Shown: piece after piece, positions 56,226 through 64,000 of the stretch | Layout of the letters: every line of letters starts with the position of its first letter | Numbering within the stretch: the stretch's first letter is position 1 | NCBI GenBank assembly: GCA_949358305.1 | Contig: OX442314.1 | Location: 22,010,001 to 22,074,000 of the forward strand | Direction: 5' to 3' | Length of the DNA: 64,000 nucleotides | Source of the DNA: Strigamia acuminata | Lineage: Eukaryota | Program-made: the position numbers and the translations under genes | Notes under the pieces: generated by a model | Told to the model about the DNA's origin: nothing | Seen by the model: only the letters and a program-made list of their open reading frames with translations | Databases searched by the model: none

Positions 56226-57719
56226 TATGCTAATGGAAGGGCTTGACTCTGTTGCTCGGACAATGGAAATGAAGCTTTTGTCCTTTCCAGATGGGAGAAA
56301 TTTAACGAGAGAACAGAAAATAAAGTAAAATCAGAAAATTGCACAGTAAAATAATCCATACGTATTCGGAAATGTTGAACAAATTAATCAAGTGAAGCCA
56401 ATATTGTACGAGCATTTTAGGGGTTTAATTTATTTTTGTAAACGCGAGAACAATGGTGATCTAGGTGAGACTTTGCCTTTAAAAGCAGCAAGTCATTGTA
56501 TATGTTGTAGGGAAAGGGTATAAAATTATTTTTAAGTGCAGATTTGTTGGCCTTTAGTCGACTTTAACAGGGCTGTTGGTAGGACAAGTTGTTTCCTAAC
56601 AAAAATTCATACCTCTTTATTTCCTCATTAAAGGCTGAACCTGATACTGTACTGAATTTTTTATACCGCATCTATTCTTTTTATCGACACGAAATGGCAG
56701 CTAATGGTGGCATTGTCTTTGAAATATGGTAACTACTAACTATAAGACTGAATTGGATTCAAACGAGTTGGAATTTTTGACATTTAAGCATAATGGTATA
56801 CATTTGAGGTTTTAGGGCCGAATATTTCAGGGAACAGGAGGGGAGGGAGGGAGGGAAGAGGGGTCGGTGAATGGAAAGGAAAGGAAAGGAGAAGGAAAGT
56901 TTTCTCCATCAACTGAAACCATAGTGATTGTTAAGGACTGATAAACTTAGTGGGGGAGTTGGTACTTTCTTTTTCTTTTTGTGCCATTTGGTTTTGCAAG
57001 TTCTCTTGGCTGGAGCCCAAGATGGCTGCAATGCTGAATGAATGAGTAGCATTTCAAATGGGTTATGTCAGTGGTGAGAGCAGTCATTTAGAAATTTTTA
57101 GAGGCTTGGGCACTGGTCCATGCGCAGCTTCGTGCTCAAATTGGCTTTTGGTAGCATGGACAGAAAATTGGATTAGCATGTTTGATCAAAGTTAATGGAA
57201 TGCAGTGAGTAAAAGAAGGGAATAATGTCCATTGAGGTGTGGAACAACGGGGGAAAAGGGCGAGAGAAAGAGAGAGAGAGAGAAAGGGTCTTAAGTCAAT
57301 TTTGTTTAGATATTTAAATGTAAATTAAACCTGGTTTTATTCAAAGGACTTGATTTGAAATTCAAATAGGGGCTTACATTTTATTTGTGCAATTTAGTTG
57401 GTATTTTAAATAAATATTTGTGATTGTGGAGACAGTTACTGTGGTGTAATGGCTGTTTCAATAAAGAATCATGTGGATTTTTCAATTGGCTTTTGCTCTT
57501 TCTCGTCGAACGGCATGATGTATAGGCACAAATATTTGCATTGCATTCATTTAGTTGGGAGTGCAAGACACTAGCAGTTGGATCTTTAAGTAATGCAATG
57601 GTTGACACATTTGGAATCCTCTTCTAATCTCTTTGGGCGAATAAAACCGATCGTTTGCTGTAGTGATGAATTTCTCGGTTCTCTTGCTGTAATTTGTATA
57701 TTATTCATGCTCACCAATG

Positions 57720-57963
57720 CAGTTTGCGCTCGGTATGTTGATGCCAAACTGCGCATCACATTCTGCGCATGCGTTTAACATGGCGATTGTCAAGCTTGTT
57801 GCACACAAAGGAATGAAACAACAATATTTCGGTACCATGCTGTAAATTACTTTTTTTAATGAGTTTATTGTTGTTTATTTACTTTATTTTAGCATTATTA
57901 GGCCTAATACTGCTAAATAATAACGGGAATTAGCAAATCATCAGTATAAATTTGGTGTCAAGA
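57720..57963. mobile_element. MITE family B, degenerate copy
   Basis: CAGTTTGCGCTCGGTATGTTGATGCC... plus the TTAGGCCTAATA...CTGCTAAATAA block shared with 53964-54290. Confidence 0.6.
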
Positions 57964-60900
57964 CTGAACGGCTTAATTGAGGTTTTTTTTTTATTTAGAC
58001 CAAGTTTAGATAAGTTTTGTTGTCTAAAATGTGAGTTTAGTCTGGTTTAAATTACCGGTAGATAGACTAGATTAAATGACTTTTCGATTACAGCTACTGA
58101 CAACTGTTGGCGTCGAGCAATGCCCATTCCTGTGTTAATTTGGCCAAAATGACGTCAGCAATTTCGAGTGGCTTGTTTATCTTAATTACTACTAAGCAGT
58201 GGAGTGGTGTCGAAGTGACTCCGTGCAACATAGCATTAACCAGTGCTAGCGATGCACGTTTCCCTCCCTTATCTAGTCTTGATTAGGCCTATGCTCTGTT
58301 TTTAAACGGAAAAGCCTAACTTGGCGCCAAGTCACGCGAATATCTTGCAAACTACAGTGTTGAGCTTGCTGGCTTCTATTTCCAATTTGATGAAGACGCT
58401 GTATATAGACCATTACTTAGATTACTCATAAAAAATTTGAAGTTTATTGATTTGAAAGCACGTATGACCTTGCAAGTTTCTGCACCGATATTACCTTGGT
58501 TGTCAATTTGAGCAGTAATGATCGAACATTGCATTGATTAGCAATTTGTTTAAAGATTAAAGTGTAAAGCAAACGTGTGAGGGCATTGATCATTGATGAT
58601 GTGGTGTATGGGTATTTAGAACGACTAATGATGGCCCTCTTGTGCAGAAGATACGGGCTCTCATCTCCACACGTTGTGAGGATACGAATGTAAGAAGTCC
58701 AGTCTTTTACTTTTCGCGAAATCTTTGAAGAAATCGCTTTGATAGACGTCTGGAGGCTGAATGTAGGTTGCATTGCTGCAAGTTCAGGAAGGGACTCCCT
58801 ATTGTTTCACCATGCCTTTGTTTCTCATATTGATGGTGAGTGTGAATGCTTGAAAAATAGAAATCTTTGATGGAAGCAACAAAAATTTGAATAATTTGAG
58901 TAATTGTGGGGTCACTACAAACCAAGTGGTATATCCCATTGTACAGTAGGTATCCCATCCATTGGTTAATATAAATAGCGCTAGGCTTTAGGTAGAAAAC
59001 TATTTGTTTTGTTTTTGTTAGATTTTGGAAAAATGAGGTCAGGTGATACGATCATGTGATTGTAATCTATGAGAAAAACCATTGCATTATAACATTGTTA
59101 ATTTGTAGTTTTCTGAAATAGATGCTTAGTACACAAATAGCACCCAAAAATGATTTATTTTTAATGATTTTTGGTTACCAAATGGGATGTACCCTTTGTT
59201 TTGTAGTGATTGTTAATTATAGTGTATTTCAATTTGATAGAAGCAGTTTTGTAAATTTATTTGTGATTTTTAGGTCAAAGGATTGATTTTTGATGAGATA
59301 TCAAGTGATGTGTATTCACTGCTTGTTCTGCTCATGAGACATGATGCGCTCTTTGGGGTAGGAATGTTTGTATGCACGCGGGGTTTCTTTCGCTGAATGA
59401 AACAAAAGATTGGATTTTTAGTCTGATCTACTAATTTCCTGCGGTTTCTTTCTTTTTCTTTCTTTCTTTTTCTTTCTTTTTTGCTCAATATCCATTAATT
59501 CTGGTTTTGAAATCTCAAGTTTCAACGGCCTCTGGTTTCATCAATGGCTTGTTGGATAGACAAGCAAGATGGTAGATTAAAAGGAAGACAAAAAAGATGA
59601 AAGACAAAGAATCGTTGGGGTGATTATGCGAAAGCATTGGAGCGAATGATTTAAAGTGGTTCATTTTGTGAACTGTCGACTGATTGGTTGGTGCGGGATT
59701 CTTAATTGGATAAGCAAGCGGCTGGGAAAAGTTGGCGAAGTTAAATCTTTGCGAGTGTCCTTTGGTACAAAGGAGCATTAATCTGCAACGAGGAGGGAAA
59801 AGGAAATTCGAAAGTTGGCAGAGGAGAAATGCTGAGTAGGTTGGAAAATAATTGGATAAACAATATTTAAGGCAGAGGAAGTTTTTTTATCACTAAATGA
59901 AAAATTAAAGAGATGACTGGAATTATAAAGAAACTGTGGTGCTCGTTTTTGGGTATATTTGAGAGAAGTGGTGCAAATATCATTTTTTGGTATTCATTAT
60001 TTCGAATTGCATATTTACGCTACTAATAATTAAAGATGCTGTTTTTGCGGAAAATAAAAGTCCTCCAAAATGTTTTCTTAGTTGTGGATAATGCAAATGG
60101 AGCATTTTTAAATCTCGCAAAATCTTGCCAAATCTTGCAAAATTTCGCGAGGTCTTGTAGTGGTACATCAGTGTGGCAGCCATTTTGAATGTGTTTGCAC
60201 AAGTAAAAGTGGTCTTAAAAAATAGATCCATTTTGACATTTTTGTAGAGTCTGGAGTGGGGTTTGGGAAAATATTGGCCATTTCGAGAGAGTTATTGATA
60301 AAAAAAAATGTTTTAACAGTTGCGCAAAAAGGAAAAAAAAATACTTTGTTCACTGATATTAAGTGGTGTCTTGGGTTTCTATCATGTTTTTTAGTATTTT
60401 TTTCCCACAAGAAGACCTTTTGTTCTCTAGATTTATTGCTGCCAACGATAAAACCAGTGGACTGCATTTGCTGGTCAATCTTCCTTTCTTTCTTTTTATT
60501 TTATTTGTCTTTTCTTTTTTTTTAATTTTTTAGGCACAAAGTGGACAGTAGGTGGCATTGTGTTATTGAAATGTAAAGCTGGAGCGCTGCATGTGGCGGG
60601 GATATTGTTGCTCTGCACAAATTGAAATGGATTGGACCCGCTTTGACATTGGAGATTAATTGGGATTAGTTAACGGAGCATGTGTGACATAGAGTAAAGT
60701 GCTGTTGTTGTTGTTGCACGGTAATGTTGTTATACAACACGAAAATATGCATGGAAAATTGATGTTGTGGTAAAGTTGTACGATGATATAGTGGGCATAT
60801 TTTGCGGCAACGTGAGACGGGTGAAATAACACTTTATTAATATTGGATGTAGCTCTTACCTCGTTTTACACGGATTATTCGCGAGAGTTAAAATGTATAA

Positions 60901-61062
60901 TTTATTGCGGACAAGCACGCATTGATCGCTCTTACCTGTTGATGTAGTGTAGCGGCCAAATGTTGATGGTTAAAACGCCATTGGTCTTAATTTAATGCCT
61001 TGATTAAAGCGAGTTATTTATTACTATATTATATTTTTTCTCTCGTTTTTTTGGGTGTGTAG

Positions 61063-61216
61063 AAGCAGTTATTGGAGCAGAAGCAGAAGGTGAAACGACA
61101 AGCGCCTTCTGTGATTCAAGTGAATGATGCGCGACCACTGTCTGCGAGAAAAGCACCAAATAAAAGAGAAGAATCACGACCGCTGATGACTGGATATTCT
61201 CAGCAAAATCTGCATG
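61063..61216 (+). CDS. TUB: Tubby-family protein, second coding exon
   Basis: T-rich tract ...GTGTAG| then KQLLEQKQKVKRQAPSVIQVNDARPLSARK...EESRPLM, ending at G|GTAGGT. It joins exon 1 in phase to give QKIERQ|KQLLEQKQK, matching Tubby QKLDRQ-RALLEQKQKKKRQ. The gene continues beyond the window. Confidence 0.88.
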
Positions 61217-61639
61217 GTAGGTGGTTGTAAAAATTAATTTATAGTCGTGGGGTAGTCACGGATCTATAAAGTTTAATTGCAATTTTCATAGCGCTCGACT
61301 ATCTCGGAATTTATCAGTTTATGATTATGATTTATTATGCAAGAAATTTTTTTTTATTTTTTTTTAATTTTTCTTTATGTTGGGAGAAAATCGTGAGAAT
61401 AAAATGGCAATTTGGAAGTTGTGTTTTTAAGCTTAAGGGAGCGCTGCGTCCGTTTTAACGTGAATTTCAATACTTTGTGCAGGGATGGTATTAAAATGCG
61501 TTAACTTTCGTTAATTATAACGTGATTGGTGATTTATTATGTCGTAATTGAGACATATTAGATGAGGTTTGTATTAATTATGATGTTTACATAATATTTA
61601 TGGCGTTTTATTGATGTGAATTAAATGTAAATGTTACAT

Positions 61640-62150
61640 TTTCATTTTCATAGGGATTGGTAACAGCTTGATGTAAAGGTTTCGGTGGCGGTAGTGACGC
61701 TGTGCCCATCTGAAGCGAAATTGCATGGGTTTTTGATCAGGCATGAGCGTGACAGTTTTTTGGGGGTTACAAAGGAAAAGCAATAGGTTTGAACAGCGGG
61801 GGCACTTTTGTAGCAATTTCATGTCAGTTTTTTAATGTGATTTATAAAGATTGGTTTATATTGTGGAGAAAGACGCGATATTGCAGCCGCAAAGTGCATT
61901 GTGGGTTAGACATGCACCTGCCAAAATCGCAGCTGATTCAACATGTTAAAATAAAACGTAAAGTGAGCGGGAACAAGTGCCATTTATATTGTGAGGATGG
62001 GAAAAGTTTGAGGGTTTGGGATTGGAAATAGGGCGGCTTATGGTGATATCGGGCATTGTGTTTGAAGATGTTATTATACGGGAAAAAATGGTGTGGGATT
62101 TAGAAATGCGGTGATTCAGTGGATGTTGATTCATTTCAATTTCCATGTTG
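61640..62150 (-). mobile_element. Possible highly decayed LINE 3' remnant
   Basis: HTIFSRIITSSNTMPD loosely resembles the SFF.R.I..WN.LP motif of CR1/L2-type ORF2 C-termini; frames are broken. Confidence 0.25.
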
Positions 62151-64000
62151 TAGGAAGTTGGGATTTTATATTTTTTTATATTTGGGGTTATATTTTTAGG
62201 GTTTTGGGTTTGTTAAGGATCTGTTGAATGTTTAATGGGTTTCTATGATTTCTGATGGATGTGAAGAATTGGGTTTGTGCGGTATCTGATGGGTTCGAAG
62301 AATATTTAATGGTTTTTTTTATTTTTTTATGTGTTTGTCAAATATTTAGTGGTTTCGTATATGATTTCTTATGGATTCGTGGATTATTTAAGGGCTAAAC
62401 ACGATTTTGTAGAATATTTAATAAGAGACTTTGTGCTTGGTTATTATATCATTTATAATTTATAAATAAAAATATAATAAGTTTTCAAATTTTGTGAAAT
62501 AAAATTATCCCAATTTTTGCTGCACTAGGGAAAATTCCAACTTTTATGATACAGTATTTATTTTAAAATGTACAGTTGGACTCTTGTTTGCTATACAAGT
62601 ATTAATCAAGTATTATCATCTGTTGATGTCTGGTGTTTCACCTAGTGGCAAAATAAAAATTACTCACGATTTTAATTGTCAGCATAGAGTGAGGGTCCAG
62701 TTTTTTGAACGCGACTGTACATTTATGGCAAGTGCGTAAGTAATGAATTTACGCAATTTCGACAAAGTGTGGTATGGATAATGAATCAACAAAACGTTTT
62801 ATGAATTAAGTGAAATCAAATAAAATCTGTTTAATTATTTAACAAATAATTTTTTTTAATCAAAATATAATTCTTAAACGAAAAAAAAAAACAATTTTAT
62901 TTGAGTCTTACTTTTTATTTATATTTCATATCTCTGAAGGTATACGTGTACACGCAGGGCAACTGTGCGATAGCACTTATCAGTGGCTGTCACTAGGTGC
63001 GTTGAAAATTGAAAAGGAGATGTGAATAGCCCTTATTTGCCTTTTGAAAAAGTGACTTCTCATTGAATATGCCTCAACTGACTTGAAAAACAGTTTATTT
63101 TGAGGGATTTTAAGTTTTAGAATAGGTAAACCTATTCAAACGAACAATTAAAAGACTTGATTTTTACAATGGAAGATGTTTTAATCAGTGATGAATACAC
63201 GATACAATCAGGTTATTAATTTTCTCTTGAAACGTCGGAGTAATTTTTCAAAAATATTTGAATAAATCTTAATCTTAGTTTTGTTTACGCACAATCAAAA
63301 TGATTTATTAAAAACTTCATACTTTTACAGACATAAAAGAAGGAAGTCTCTCTCTTTTTCTTTTTCTTTGGGTTGGGAGTGAAATTCTTACATTTTTTGT
63401 TAACACTTGAGTGCTAACACTAAAGACTGAGAGAAATGTTTTGAGTTCTGTCAAGTGGAAGACATCTACTTGTTGACAAAACTTGAGTTTCATATTTTGC
63501 TTTTTGCATTTATTTTTGGGATTGTTGATTATCATAAAGAAGGAATTTTTTTTTCATACGTTAGTATGGTGGTTGGTTGGCCTGTTTTATATATGGCATA
63601 AATGGATGGTACACTTTGCTTTTCTCGTGTGTTTTTGGGCTGATTTATTGAAGTTAAATGGATGAAGGTACAAAGATGGTAGTTTGGTTGCTTGGAAGAT
63701 TCATGAGGAGGTGAAGACTTGAATTGAAATCTTGTGATTTTGTTTTAACCGTAGGGATGGTTTTTATCAAAAGTTTTATGGTTTTTCTTCTTTTTTTGTC
63801 TTTATTGGACTTTGTACTAAATGGGTGGGCATTTTTTCAAAATGAAATAAATTGTCTTTGTAATGGAAATGGGGGTGCACGTTTATAGATGTGTTGCTTG
63901 GTTTAATCAATATTTTTTAATGTTGTATGCATTTTTCATGATTTTTTTTTTAATAAACATCTGGAAGCAGTTTGTTTAAATTAAGAATCATGGTTCGAGG

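Noticed and set aside
58444..58958. ORFs suggestive of a decayed LINE or a nested gene
   Set aside because: No motif I can name with confidence and the frames are broken; it would need BLASTX.

Overview
AT-rich eukaryotic DNA with GT-AG introns, most likely from an invertebrate animal (the species cannot be determined from the sequence). The first 14 kb is gene-dense: a multi-exon anoctamin/TMEM16 gene (-), a single-coding-exon C11orf96/DUF4695-like gene (+) and RBM28/Nop4 (-). From about 14 kb onward the window is the 5' part of a Tubby-family gene (+), whose first two coding exons (21427-21522 and 61063-61216) are separated by a 39.5-kb intron. That intron holds an intact, very young 11.4-kb Ty3/Gypsy LTR retrotransposon (-; 23458-34854) with 610-bp LTRs that look identical, an ATTT target-site duplication (TSD), a tRNA-Pro-like primer-binding site (PBS), a polypurine tract (PPT) and a gag/pol -1 frameshift. 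In the env position the element carries a large extra ORF that does not look like Env and appears to be split by its own spliceosomal intron; this is the best candidate for an undescribed system. The intron also contains a GC-rich cytoplasmic dynein heavy chain fragment between inverted repeats (Pack-TE-like), two copies of a 5S rRNA-derived SINE, nested hAT MITEs and several other MITE families. A MITE carrying a perfect 25 x 31-bp minisatellite lies upstream of the first Tubby coding exon. All protein identities come from recalled motifs, not database searches.
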